From NCBI RefSeq assembly GCF_020745735.1, contig NC_083424.1, forward strand, positions 49,834,999-49,898,998: a stretch of DNA of 64,000 nucleotides. The letters are read 5' to 3'. The translations under genes were made by a program, and so were the position numbers. Of this stretch, positions 38,146-50,675 are shown piece by piece. Position 1 is the stretch's first letter; each line of letters begins with the position of its first letter. The notes beneath the pieces were generated by a model, which did not search any database, was not told the DNA's origin, and saw only the letters and a list, made by a program, of their open reading frames with translations. This DNA comes from Hemiscyllium ocellatum. Lineage: Eukaryota.

Positions 38146-40230
38146 AACAGTCTTCAGGTACCTTGGATGAGTATGCTAGCACCATCACAGACTTTGTCAG
38201 CAAGTGTGTGGAGGACTACATACCGAAGAAGTTAATCCAGGTGTTCCCCAACAGGAAACCTTGGGTGAATCAGGACACACAGAACCTGCTAAAAACCGAG
38301 AATGAGGCCTTCAGATTAGGAGACCCACTCAAATATGAGGAATCCAAGTATAACCTTCGCAGAGCCATTAAGACAGCCAAGGACCAATACCAATCCAAAC
38401 TAGAGACCCTGATGGACACCTGGCAACTATGGCAAGGATTGAATGACATCACAGGTTCTAAAAAGAGACAGTGCAAGGTAGCAGATGATGACATATTCCT
38501 CCCAGATCGTCTCAACGCCTTCTATGCTCGCTTTGAGCAAAATTTCGGCCGAGAGGTAACACCTATTCCGACAAGTCCTGATGAACCTATCCCAACAGTT
38601 ACTGCATCAGAGGTCGGATCAGTTTACCTTTGTGTGAATCCAAGGAAAGCGATGGGACCAGATGGAGTATCAGGCCGTGCACTCAGAGCATGCACTGATC
38701 AACTGGCAGAGGTCTTCTCAGACATCTTCAACCTCCCCCTGCAGCAGGCCACTGTCCCTGCTTGTTTCAAGAGGGCCAACATCACCCTTGTGCCTGAGAA
38801 GGCTCATGCAGCATGTCTCAATGACTACCGCCCGGTGGCCCTAACTTCGGTGGTCATGAAGTAAATGCTTTGAAAGGCTAGTCATGGCAGTAATCAACTC
38901 CAGCCTCCCCACTACTCCAGATCGCCTTTTGGACTGACAGATCCACGTCATATGCCATATCACTTGCCCTTCACTCAACCCCAGAACATCTTGACACCAA
39001 AAACAGCTACGTAAGTATCCTACTCATTGACTACAGTTCATCCTGCAACACTATTATCCCATCAAGACTGATTACTAAGTGTAGTGATCTCAGAATAAGC
39101 CCCACTCTCTGCAACTGGATCCTCAGTTTCCTGACCCATAGGCCACAATCAGTGAAAATTGGAGACAATATTTCATCGCCACTACCACTCAACACTGGAG
39201 CCCCCCAGGGGTGCGTACTTAGCCCCCTACTGTACTCATTGTATTCTCATGACTGCGTCGCCAAATACCGGACTAATGCCATTTACAAGTTCGCTGGTGA
39301 CACCACCATAGTCAGTCAAATCTCAGATAGCGATGAAACAGACTACAGACGGGAGGTGGGAAGACCTGAAAAAATAGTGCACTGAGAAATACCTAGCTCT
39401 CAATGCTGGCAAAACCAAGGAACTCATTATTAACTTTTGGCAGGATGTTACTCATGCCCCCCTACCCATTAACAGCACAGAGGTGGAACGAGTGGAGAGT
39501 GTCAAGCTCCTGGGAGTGGTCACCCACAACAAGCTTTCTTGGACTCTTCATGTAGACAGGAGAAAGTGAGGACCGTAGATGCTGGAGATCAGAGCTGAAA
39601 ATGTGTTGTTGGAAAAGCGCAGCAGGTCAGGCAGGATCCAAAGAGCAGGAGAATCGATGTTTCAGGCATGAACCCTTCTTCAGGAAGGGCTCATGCCCGA
39701 AACATCGATTCTCCTGCTCTTTGGATGCTGTCTGACCTGCTACGCTTTTTCAGCAACACATTTTCAGCTCTTCATGTGGACACACTGGTTACAAAGGCCC
39801 AACAATATCTCTTCTTCGTCAAGCAGCTGAGGAAATTTGGCACGACGGCAAATATCCTTGCCAACTTTTATAGATGTGCTATCAAGAGCATTCTGTTTGG
39901 ATGTATCACAACCTGGTATGACAACTGTACCATTCAAGATCGGAGACGGATACAGACAGTGGTTAACTTGGCCCAGACAATCACAAAGGCCAACCAAGAA
40001 CACACACACCAGCCAGTTTCGCAACAGTTTCTACCCTACAGTTGTTGAATACTGAGTGGACTCACAAACCCCTAACATTCGCCTGTACCTGTGTTTTTGT
40101 TTTTGCCACTAATTACCTATTATTTACTATCTATGCTAGTTTAACTATGTGATCTATCTGTATTGCTCGCAAGATAAAGCGTTTCACTGTGCCCTGGTAT
40201 ATGTGACAATAAATTCAACTCAATTCAATT
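38146..40230 (+). mobile_element. Rex1/Babar-type LINE, 5'-truncated, nested in the Gypsy protease region
   Basis: VFPNRKPWVNQ, LNAFYARFE, KAMGPDG, LNDYRPVALTSVVMK, LNTGAPQGCVLSPLLYSLY, FAGD; TGACAATAAA-(TTCAA)n tail. Confidence 0.85.
39554..39767. mobile_element. Inverted pair of family A PLE repeats with 10-bp TSD
   Basis: CTCTTCATGT at 39544-39553 and 39768-39777; ~85-bp near-perfect arms. Confidence 0.85.
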
Positions 40231-42163
40231 CACTCTGGAATCCAACCCTTAAGTTTTCAAAAGACCTTGGCCAGGCTGAGAACCTGTATAGGGAACCTTT
40301 AAAGAGTGAGGATGCAACTTTAGTCCTAGTCTCTTCTGAGAAGCAGCTTGTTCAGTTACCACTGATTGTCATAAAAGGCTCAGGCCCAAGCCTGATGGGA
40401 TAAAATTGGTGGAGAAACATTCAACTTGATTGGCTCAAGATTTTTCAATTAGAAAATGGCTGCCTGAGTAAAGTCTTAATTAAATATTCAGACAGTTTTC
40501 TGGAAAGTCCAGGGGTATCAAAGGAGGCAAGGCCACCTTACATGTTGACCAGGAAGCAATTCCATGATTCTGCAAGCACCAAGCAGTGCCATTTGCCTTA
40601 TGTGGAAAAGTAGAGGCAGAATTCAGGAATAAACAGCTTTTTGCAGCTGCATAAATACCCAATCCCTTGGATAGAGGACTTACATGTAAAACTGGCAGGG
40701 GAATTGTCCTTCACGAAGCTGGACTTGAGCCATACATATCTGCAATTACCATTAGATGAGGATTCCCAGAAGTATGCTCCAATTAATAGCCATAAGGGTT
40801 TGCACCAATGTATAAGACTGCCTTTGGGATTTTATCAGCCTGTGGCATTTTCTAGTCAACAATGGAGAACATTATACAATGTCTACCCGAGGTGCTAATA
40901 ACCAGGAAGACCAATAAAGGGCATGTAGAGAGCTTGGACAGGTTGCTTAAACGTTTCTCTGAGTTGGGTGCAAGCCTTAGGAGGGAGACCTATGTGCTCC
41001 AGGCACCCCAAGAGACCTACTTAGGCAACAGAGTCGACAGACCAGGTTATACCCCTTGGACGATGAAGTGAGGGCAATCAAAAATGTTCTGGCTCTCACT
41101 TCTGTACCTTGGCTTAGGTCTTTCCTAGGATTTGTGGGTAAGAACAAAGCTTCATACATAACCCAGTCTCCATCTTGGCAGCCTTATACCTGCTATTGTA
41201 AAACAGACAGTCTTGGAAAAGCTCTTGTAACCAAGCAGTAGCCTTTAGGGAAGTGAAGCAGCTTCTATCATCATCCAAGGTATTGGCACATGACAATCTC
41301 AAGTGAGATGTGGTGCTGACATGCAATGCCCCCCGCCATATGGTATCAGGGTAATGTTGGCTCACCGGTGGTGTAGCAGTGGAGGAATGCCTGATCACGC
41401 ATGCTTTCTGGACTTTGGCTGATGCTGATGAAAAGTTTATGCTTGAAATGTCGACCCTCCTGCACCTCAAATGCTGTCTAACCGGCTGTGGTCTTCCACG
41501 CCACACTCTTTGACCCTGAATGAAAATATCTCCAGATAAAGACAGAAGGTTTGGCAGCCATTTTTGGTGTACAGACGTTCCACCAATAACTTTGTAGATT
41601 TAAATCTGTAATAGTAATGGACCACAAACTCCTGCTAGGGTGACTCAAACAGGACAGGCCTGTTCTGCCCATAGCTTCCGGTGAAATTCAGCGATGGATT
41701 CTTATTTTGCGAAAGTACATTACAAATTGGAACACCGTCCAGGAGGCCAAGTGACATATGCAGATGTCTTGAACCACCTCCCACTGGCGGGTATACCAGT
41801 TGCACCACCACTGGAAGAGTCCATTCTGATTTTAACCTTTCTGGACACCCTTCTGGTCACTGCTGACAATATCAGGCCATGAAGACAAAAAGATCCCATC
41901 CTGGCAAAACCAGAACAGCTACTGGTGATGGGGGAAACAAAAGGGCTGTCACAATTAGGATTAATACCTTTCTGGACCTGGTGAGACTAAATCAGCGCAG
42001 AGGATGGTATATTACTATGGGGAGCAAGAGAGATTGTCCTGAGCAAAGGTTGCTGCCAGATATTTGCTGAAATCCACCAAGGTCATCCAGGGGTTTCCAA
42101 AATGAAGATGTTGGTGAGAAGTTCTGTCTGGTGGCCAAGACTGGATATCAATGTAGATGGTAG

Positions 42164-42363
42164 CTCAAAGTTTGTGAGAAGATTTGTAGCTCGGGTGCTC
42201 ATTGTTGTGGTTCTGTTCGTCGAGCTGGGAATTTGTGTTGCAGACATTTCGTCCCCTATCTAGGTGACATCCTCAGTGCTTGGGAGCCTCCTGTGATGCA
42301 CTTCTGTGATGCTTCCTCCAGCATTTATAGTGGTTTATCTCTGCCGCTTCCAGTTGTCAGTTC
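42164..42363 (-). mobile_element. PLE-type tail, family C, with 15-bp TSD and hammerhead motif (42240-42279)
   Basis: CAATGTAGATGGTAG at 42149-42163 and 42364-42378; minus strand GCA-CTGAGGA-T-GTC..GAC-GAA-ATGT-C-TGC. Confidence 0.75.
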
Positions 42364-43293
42364 CAATGTAGATGGTAGTTGATAGGGCAATGCTCAGAGT
42401 GCCAATAAGGACAAACTTTACCACCAGCAGCTCCTCCACTTTCTGAAGTATGACTGGATAATCCCTGGACTCTGTTACACATTGACTATGCCGGCCCTTT
42501 CATGGGGTCTATGTTTTTAGTCATTATGGACACACATTCAGAGTGGTTGGACGTGCATAAAGTTCATTCGACGGCACAGTGATGATGATTGAAAAACTGC
42601 GAGCATCTTTTGCAACACACAGGCTCTCAGAGGTGTTGGTCACAGATAGCAGGGCTTGATTTAACAGCAGAAATTTGTGTATTTTCTCAAGTCGAATGGC
42701 ATTTAGCATGAAAGGACAGGTCCATATCATCCATTGTCCAATGGTCTCATGGAAAGAAGAGTCCAAACTTTGAAGGCAGGCTTAAAGAAACAGACTCTTC
42801 TAAGTGAGAGAGTCAGTTTCCTTCAGGGGTCGAAGTTTGCTATTGAGACTATGGGAATGTCCTTGCATGGGTACGAGGCATCGTTGACATGAGGTCAGGT
42901 CCTGTGATGTACAAAGTTGGGGTGAGAGGGGAGATCCTGACCAAGCATGTGGACCACATGAAAGCCGTAACTTCACAAATGGGCAGGAGCAAAAATATCC
43001 AGCCCCTCAGAACATCCAGCAAGGCTGTCAGAACCTGTGGGTTCTCCCTTCCACCTTGCATCGACAAAACCTCTAAGGATGAGATGGACATGGTAGATGT
43101 CACAGCATCGATGCCATTGCCACCTGAAGAAGATAAATTTCTTCCGAGACGCTCTGGGCACAAGGGGTAGGTTTGTTGAATGTCGTCAGTAACCGAGGTA
43201 GAGTCAGAGGAACGAGACCTGGTATGAAAATGCCCCAAGAGAAACTGCAGGAAATGAATGAGCCTATGCCCCAGAATGTAAGAGGGGAACAAA

Positions 43294-43528
43294 TGTAGTG
43301 AATGGAACAATGTCAGCCAGGTGACCTCATAGACTATGATTTCCCTCATTGGGGATATTAACTTGGTCCAATCATGGAGTGCTGGCTGACATATATAAAC
43401 AGAAGTGTCAGGGGTTCTGCTCACTCTAGGAGCCAACTCTGAGCTAGCTGGGTCAGTGTCATATACAATACACATGTAAATAAAGGGTGACATGGTGATG
43501 GGATATTGGCCTTCATGGCGTTATTCCA
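43294..43528 (+). mobile_element. 3' LTR of the Gypsy element (235 bp)
   Basis: TG...CA, directly after the polypurine tract; contains TATATAAA and AATAAA. Confidence 0.8.
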
Positions 43529-44454
43529 GGAGCAATTCTGAGATTCTGTGAAAAAGCCAGAAGATGAGTTCATAGGTGTTTTTCAACAGATTCTTAAAGC
43601 AGCATTTTTAGTGGCAACTGGAGATTAGGTCTTTCTAGACCTGGTAAGGTGGAACAAGACAGGGTTAATAACAGAGAGAAGTTGGGACTAAGAACCGTAT
43701 TTTGAATTTAAGTAATAGCAGTTATGGCGAAAGTGAACCGGGGAACTAGTTTAAGCCATTTGTTTTAAAAAAAATTACTGCAACTCAATAAATAATATTC
43801 CAGTGAAAAAGATTGTCCAGAGAAGGTTCCCTAACTGGCAAATATCCCCAGACAATCTTTAGGTGGCATTTTCTGATGAATAAATTTAGGCCAGAATATG
43901 AGAGGAGGGGGTGGCATAAAGAGGTGATGGAGAGATGTTTCCTAATCTGCTTTCAATGGTGCCCAGGGATTGTTTTACATTCACCAGAACAAGTAGGCAG
44001 TGCTTTGCTTTAATGCCATTCACCAACTTCAGCACTTGAATCATGTAGCATTCCTTCCAAATGACACTGAATCCTCTTAGGTTCTATACCCTCATGACAG
44101 AGACAATGCAGAAAACTTATTCTAAAAAATGGTACATGCGCAAACCAAACATAGTTAAATCTCAAACAAAAACAGAAAATTTACTGGAGAAACTCAGCAG
44201 GTCTGGCAGCATCTGTGATGAGAAAGCAGGGTTAATATTTTGGATCCAGTGACCCTTATCAGACTTCCAGCATCCACAGTTCTTCATGTTTTGTTTACAG
44301 TTATGGCTCAGTTCTATTAAATAAATCTGGGTATACAATCTGGATATTTACCAACCCTATTAAGAAGGTATATGGTGATATTAATACATAAATATGCTGA
44401 TAATCTGCAAGTGTATTGAACCTATGTGCAAAACCTGCAGAGGTTTAAAATAGA

Positions 44455-44905
44455 CAATAGACAATAGGTGCAGGAATAGGCTATTCTGCCCTTCGAGCCT
44501 GCACCACCATTCAATATGATCATAGCTGATCATCCTTAATCAGTATTCTGTTCCTGCCTTATCTCCATAACCCTTGATTCTACTATCCTTGAGAGCTCTA
44601 TCCAACTCTTTCTTAAATGAATCCAGAGACTGTGCCTCCACTGCTCTCTGGGGCAGAGCATTCCACACAGCCACCACTCTCTGGGTGAAGAAGGTTCTCC
44701 TCATCTCTGTCCTAAATGGTCTACCCCGTATTTTTAAGCCATGTCCTTTGGTTCGGCACTCACCCATCAGCGGAAGCATGTTTCCTGCCTCCAGAGTGTC
44801 CAATCCTTACATAATCTTTATATGTCTCAATCAGATCCCCTCTCAGTCTTTTAAACTCAACGGTATACAAGCCCAGTCACTCCATTCTTTCAGCGTAAGG
44901 TGCTA
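44455..44905 (-). mobile_element. CR1 3' end
   Basis: RTKGHGLKIRGRPFRTEMRRTFFTQRVVAVWNALP. Confidence 0.88.
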
Positions 44906-46214
44906 TGAAATGATATGAAACTACCCAGCATGAGTAGAGAATATTTTGATGCATAGACCAGTACGTATTTGAAACCCATACTCTTGTAAAATTAAATTCA
45001 AATTGTTCCATCTACAAAGCTTTCGTGTGTGTGTGTGTATGTGTCAGACTTAATCCTCCGCTCTAGACTTGCAGGCTCCAGGTCCGCACCTAGGTCTGGA
45101 CTCCTGATAGTGGAGGCAGTGTTTGCAGGACTGTGCATTGAAGTTGAATTTGGCCCAGCGTGAACTCATGCCGATGGTGTTATTCATGGAGGTGAGATGG
45201 CGCTGAAGCAGCGGTAGCTTGGCGAAGCACCATTGCATTAGTCCAGTTGGTTTAGCAGCAGGGACTGAAGGCATCAAGATGGAGGAGGTCAGATTCAGAC
45301 CCAGGGCTGAGCGGGAAATGGGAGCTGTTCCAAAGACCACCAGACTTACTGAGATAAGACTCATTGTTTTTTTTCTGGCTTTATATTCTGTGATTTGGTT
45401 TATTCTTTTGTGTTTTAAGCTGGCACCGGAGAGTGGTGACACTAAACGTGTAATAAATACATACGAGAGTAGACCAATAACTTCATAACCAAATAAACAT
45501 CATTAACCACATTAAATCTACATGTACACAAAAAGTCAATAAATAAAAAACTCATATTTAAAATAATTCACATTTGCATATCTGTATAGGCTGCACATTT
45601 TTGAATGTATATGTCTAAATTATATATATCATATAGTTCATTGAATAAAACTTGCACATATACACAGTTATATTTGCAAAACCTGTATATTAATGGAAGC
45701 ACATAGCAAAGAATGAACAAAGAACAAAACAGCACAGGAACACAGCCTTTGGCCACCTAAGCCTGCACCAACACACAATGCCGTTCTAAACTAAACACCT
45801 TTTGGCTGTATGCAGTCAGTATCCCTCCATTCTCTGCTTATTCATAAATCTGTCAAGACGCCACTTAAACATTGCTATCATATCCGCTTCCACCACCTCC
45901 CCTGGCAGCACATTTCAAGCATTTACGGCAGCACGGTGGCACAGTGTTTAGCACTGCTGCCTCACAGCGCCTGAGACCTGACTAATGCACCTCACCTACG
46001 TATCCCTGAACACTATAGGCAATTTAGCAAGACCATTTCACCTGATCTGCTCATCTTTGGATTGTGAAAAGAAACCAGAGCACCCAAAGGAAATCCATGC
46101 AGAGAATGTGCAAACTCCACACAGACAGTCGCCCAAGGCAAGAGTCGAACCCAGATCCCTAGTGCTGTGAGATGATAGTGCTAACCACTAAGCCACTATG
46201 CTCCCCCCTCCCCC

Positions 46215-48530
46215 AACCTTGTAAGTGATAGTTCTACACTGGAAAAATGACTCTAACTATCCATTCCATGCTTCTCAGAATTTTGTAAACTTCTATCAGG
46301 TCACCCCTTATCTTTCAATGTCAAGTGAAAACAAACCAAGTTGTCCAAACTCTCATCATAACTGATACCTTCCAAACCAAACCATATCCTGATAAATCAT
46401 TTCAGAATGGCCTCCAAAGCCTCCTTTTCCTTCTGGTAGTGTGGCGGCCAGAACTGTTCTCAATATTCTAAATGTGGCCCAATTAAAGTTCTGTACAGCA
46501 GCAAAATGACTTGCCAATTTTTATACTCTATGCTGCAACTGATGAAGGCAAGCGTGCCATATGCCTTCTTAATCACCTTATCTGCTTGTGTCATCACTTT
46601 CAGGAACCATGGACCTGTACACCTAGATCGCTCTGTATGTTTATATTACTAAAAGTTCTGTCATTTGCTGTATCCTTCCTACCTGGATTAGTTCTCTTAA
46701 AAAGCATCACATCACATGTTCCATCGACCATTTCTCCACCCAAGTCTTTAGCTTATCTATATCCCATTGTTTCCTCTGGCAATCCTCCCCATTAATGCAG
46801 CTCTCCCAATCTTTGTGTCATCCTCAAACTTACTAATCATACCACCTACATTCTTCTCCAAATCATTTATATATGCTACAAAAAAAACAGAAGTCCCAGT
46901 ACTGATCCCTGTGGAACAGCATTGATCACAGATCTTCAGAAACACACCTTTCCACCACTACTCTCTGTGTTCTATGACTAAGCTAGTTCTTTATTCCTTT
47001 TACCAGATCACCACAGATCCCAAGATCACATGTGACTTTACATTTTGCATCTGCCTGCCTTGAAGTACCTTGTCAAAGGCCTTGCAAAAGTCCATACAGT
47101 AACATTGATGCCATGCTTTCATCAATCTTCCCAAGGGTAGCGGAATCCAAAACTAGACGGAATAGGTTTAAGGTGAGATGCGAAAGACTTAAAAGGGACC
47201 TAAGAGTCAACCTTTTCACACAGAGGGTGATGCATATATGGAATGAGCTGCCGGAGGAAGTCATACAAGTACAACATTTAAAAGGGATTTGGATGGGTAT
47301 ATAGTAGGAAGGGTTTGTGGGATATGCGTGAAATACTGGCAAATGGGACTAGGTTCATTTAGGATATCTATTCGGCATGGACAAGTTTGACCGAAGGCTT
47401 TGTTTCCATGCTGTACAGCTCTATGACTCTATGACTTAATCATCTTTGTCATTTCCTCAGAAAGCTCAATCATGTTTGTGAGACATGACCTTCCCCACAC
47501 AAAGCCATGCTCCCTATTACTAATCAGTATATATTTTTTCAAATGTGAGTAAATCTTTTCCTTAAGAATCTTCTCTAATAATTTCCCTGCAGCATACGTA
47601 ATAACAGTTATTTCCTGGATTATCCCTGTTGCCCTTATGAAGGAACAATGTTAGCTATTCTCCAGTCCTCTGGGAGCTCGCCTGTCATGATAGAAGGTAT
47701 AAAGATTTCATAAAAGTCCCCAGCAATTTCCTCACTTGCCTCTCTCAGCATTCCGGGGTAGATCTCATGAGATCCTGGGGACTAGTCGAGCTTAATTTTT
47801 CTTTAAAACACCCAGCACTATTTTTGTATTGACTGAACTAGAACACCAACATATCCTTCCCAAGATTCACCATGTCCTTCCCCTTTGTGAATACTGATGC
47901 AAAGTTTTCACAAAGGACCTTGCCCACTTTCTATGGCTCCATGCATAAATTCCTTATTTTGTCCTTGAATGGACCTACCTTTTCCCTAACTACTGCTCTT
48001 GCTCCTTCTAGATGTACAAAACAGCTTGGGATTTTTCTTAATCCTGTTTGCCAAAGACATTTCCCATCTCCTTTTAGCCATCCTAATCCCTCAGTTGAGA
48101 CCTTTTCTGTTATCTTTGTATTCTTTAAAGGCCCTGTCTGTCACCAATTTTCTCAACCTTACATGTGCTTCCTTTTTTTGACTAAGCTCTCTTCTTTTAT
48201 TTTCACAGGAACATGCTGCTCCTGAATTCCAAACAGCTGGTCTTTAAAAGATTTCCACATGTCAGATGTCATTTTACCTTCAAACAGCTAGTCCCAATCT
48301 ACACTCACCAGTTCCTGTCTTAGCTTGGCCTTTTCATAATTTTGGTATTTTCAACCAAGGACTTCTCTTGTCCATAAGTAACTTAGAACTTGCAAAATTA
48401 TGGTCATTATTTCTGAAATGCTCACCCACTGAAACTTCAATCACCTGGCTGGGCTCATTCCCCAATACCAGGTCTCGTATTGTTCCTTCCCAAAGTGAAC
48501 TATTTAAATCTTTTGGATACACCTAACAAA
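46215..48530 (-). mobile_element. Degenerate CR1 with an opposite-strand CR1 tail nested at ~47120-47440
   Basis: YINDLEKNVGGMISKFEDDTKIG; DLVLGNEP endonuclease end. Confidence 0.75.
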
Positions 48531-48609
48531 TTCAGTCATCTCTCCCATCCAAGCCATATGTGCATTAAGCATTTTTAATCCATCAAACATTGTACCTGCA
48601 TATCCCACG

Positions 48610-49560
48610 ATTGCGTGTACGAGTTGGGATGTCATGTTGCAGCTGTACAGGACATTGGCTGGCTACTTTTGGAATACTGAGTTCAGTTCTGGTCCCCCTG
48701 CTATCGGAAAGATGGTGTTAAACTTGAAAGGATGCGGAAAGATTTACAAGGATTTTGTCAGGGTTGGAGGGTTTAAGCCATTGGGAAGAGGCTGAATAGT
48801 TTGAGGCTATTTCCCCAGAGACTGAGGGATAACTATATAGAAGTTTATAAAATCTTGAGGGACATGGATAGGCTGAATAGCCACAGTCTTTTTCCCAAGG
48901 TAGGAGAGTCTAAAACTAGAGGGCATAGTTTAAGGTGACAGGGGAAAGATTTAAAAGGAACCTAAGGGACAACCTTTTCATACAGAAGGTGGTCATGTAT
49001 GGAATAAACTGCCAGAGGAGGTGGTGGAGGCTGGTACAATAACAGCATTTAAAAAGCATTTGCCTGGATATATGAATAGGACAGGTTAGGAAGAATATGA
49101 GCCAACTGCTGGCAAATGGGACTAGATTAATTTAGGATATCTGGTCTGCATGGATGAATTGGACTAAAGGGTCTGTTTCCATGCTGCATCTCTATGAGTC
49201 TCTTACTTACTGCTATCCAACTATCTTTTTTCACACAGAGGGTAGTGTGTGTATGGAATAAACCGCCAGAGGAAGTAGTGGAGCTGTCACAATTACAACA
49301 TTTAAAAGTTCGTTGGATGCTGCCTGAACTGCTGTGCTCTTCCAGCACCACTGGTCCAGAATCTGGTTTCCAGCATCTGCACTCATCGTTTTTAACCTAA
49401 CATTTAAAAGTTGTCTGGATGGATACATGAGTAGCAAGAGTTTAGAAGAAAATGGGACAAATGATGGCAAATGGGACTAAATTAATGTAGAATATCTGGT
49501 GGGCACGGACGAATTGGACCGAATGGCCTGTTTCCATACTGTACAACACTATGGCTATAT
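48610..49560 (+). mobile_element. Tandem CR1 3' fragments; 88-bp family A PLE insert at 49311-49398 with 14-bp TSD
   Basis: AACATTTAAAAGTT at 49297-49310 and 49399-49412. Confidence 0.8.
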
Positions 49561-50020
49561 AAATGTATTTGTTAAAAGTACTCATTTATTAGTCCTGAGC
49601 AGCTATGATCTCAGGTTGAAATCTCTATGGAGCACAAAATATCCGTGTCGAACTTCTTGTAAGATTATTTGGAAAGATTACGCAAAACTGCTCTTTTACT
49701 TTGAAAAAAAAATCAATTTTCAAGAGCTGTCCCCTGTCCGCAGTTCACACACCACTTGCGTATACATCACTCGGGCATAACGCTTCATAACCTCAATTGC
49801 TTTAGTCCCTGAAATAAAATGAATGAATGTCTCCATTGAGCTGCAATTTTACGTGCCCGGCAACTTTCTGAATGTCCCAGCTACCGCTTATTAAAGCGTG
49901 TGGTACCAGTAAACAGGAAGGGTGTTTGGAGTTGGTGGGGGGGCGGGAGTTGGTATGCTATTATCTGACACGGTTAAGAGCACGCTTCGCCTCCAGAATG
50001 CATGCAGATGTTGCTGGCAG

Positions 50021-50032
50021 TTTCCCACGTGT
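50021..50032 (-). promoter_or_regulatory. Candidate CSL/RBPJ site overlapping a CACGTG E-box
   Basis: TTCCCACG (= CGTGGGAA) at 50022-50029; the same 12-mer TTTCCCACGTGT recurs at 51448. Confidence 0.5.
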
Positions 50033-50380
50033 CTAGAAGAAAGGCCAGTTTAGTAGCGGTCACAAGCCTGACCTGTCCATAAAAAAGCAAATGGACCGCA
50101 GTAATTGGCCGCGCATGCGCCTTCGCTTCCTCTATTCTCTTTCAAAAGCAGCAACGTTAGATTAGCGCCTGACATGCCAATCCCAGTTTCTCGGGCACAA
50201 ATATTAAAATGGAAGCCAACCCACAGAAATATCTCTTATACCTCTCCCATAGATTCATTGGTTGCCAGGAAAGGTATTTTGCTAATCATTTCGAACAGTG
50301 ACTGCAGTTTTGGGCTTCTTTCTCTATCTGGACCTAGGCAGGTCTCAGTATTCAGAAATCGAGATCAGAATTTAGATTAG

Positions 50381-50675
50381 ATTAGATTAGATTACTTACA
50401 GTGTGGAAACAGGCCCTTCGGCCCAACAAGTCCACACCGACCCGCCGAAGCGCAACCCACCCATACCCCTACATTTACCCCTTACCTAACACTACGGGCA
50501 ATTTAGCATGGCCAATTCACCTGACCCGCACATCTTTGGACTGTGGGAGGAAACCGGAGCACCCGGAGGAAACCCACGCAGACACGGGAAGAACGTACAA
50601 ACTCCACACAGTCAGTCGCCTGAGTCGGGAATTGAACCCGGTTCTCAGGCGCTGTGAGGCAGCAGTGCTAACTAC
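50381..50675 (-). mobile_element. HE1/V-SINE, young copy
   Basis: Close to the reverse complement of 14402-14712; (TCTAA)n tail. Confidence 0.9.

Larger units (their letters stand above)
37256..43528 (+). mobile_element. Degenerate Ty3/Gypsy LTR retrotransposon (Mag/CsRN1-like); 5' LTR missing; nested insertions
   Basis: PBS-like TGGCGTCG at 37256; gag-like KTFQKLTNLVKEYYDLKP; RT IPWIEDL..FTKLDLSHTYLQLPLD; RNase H DHK.LLG; integrase HPGVSKMKMLVRS..WWP and HIDYAGPFMG; PPT AAGAGGGGAAC before the LTR. Confidence 0.88.

Noticed and set aside
45050-45488. 130-aa and 89-aa overlapping ORFs as a host gene
   Set aside because: No recognisable domain or splice context; the sequence resembles a retroelement tail.
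49995-50032. Paired CSL site at the distal cluster
   Set aside because: No partner half-site at 15-17 bp spacing for the 50022 site; the 51449 site likewise lacks one.
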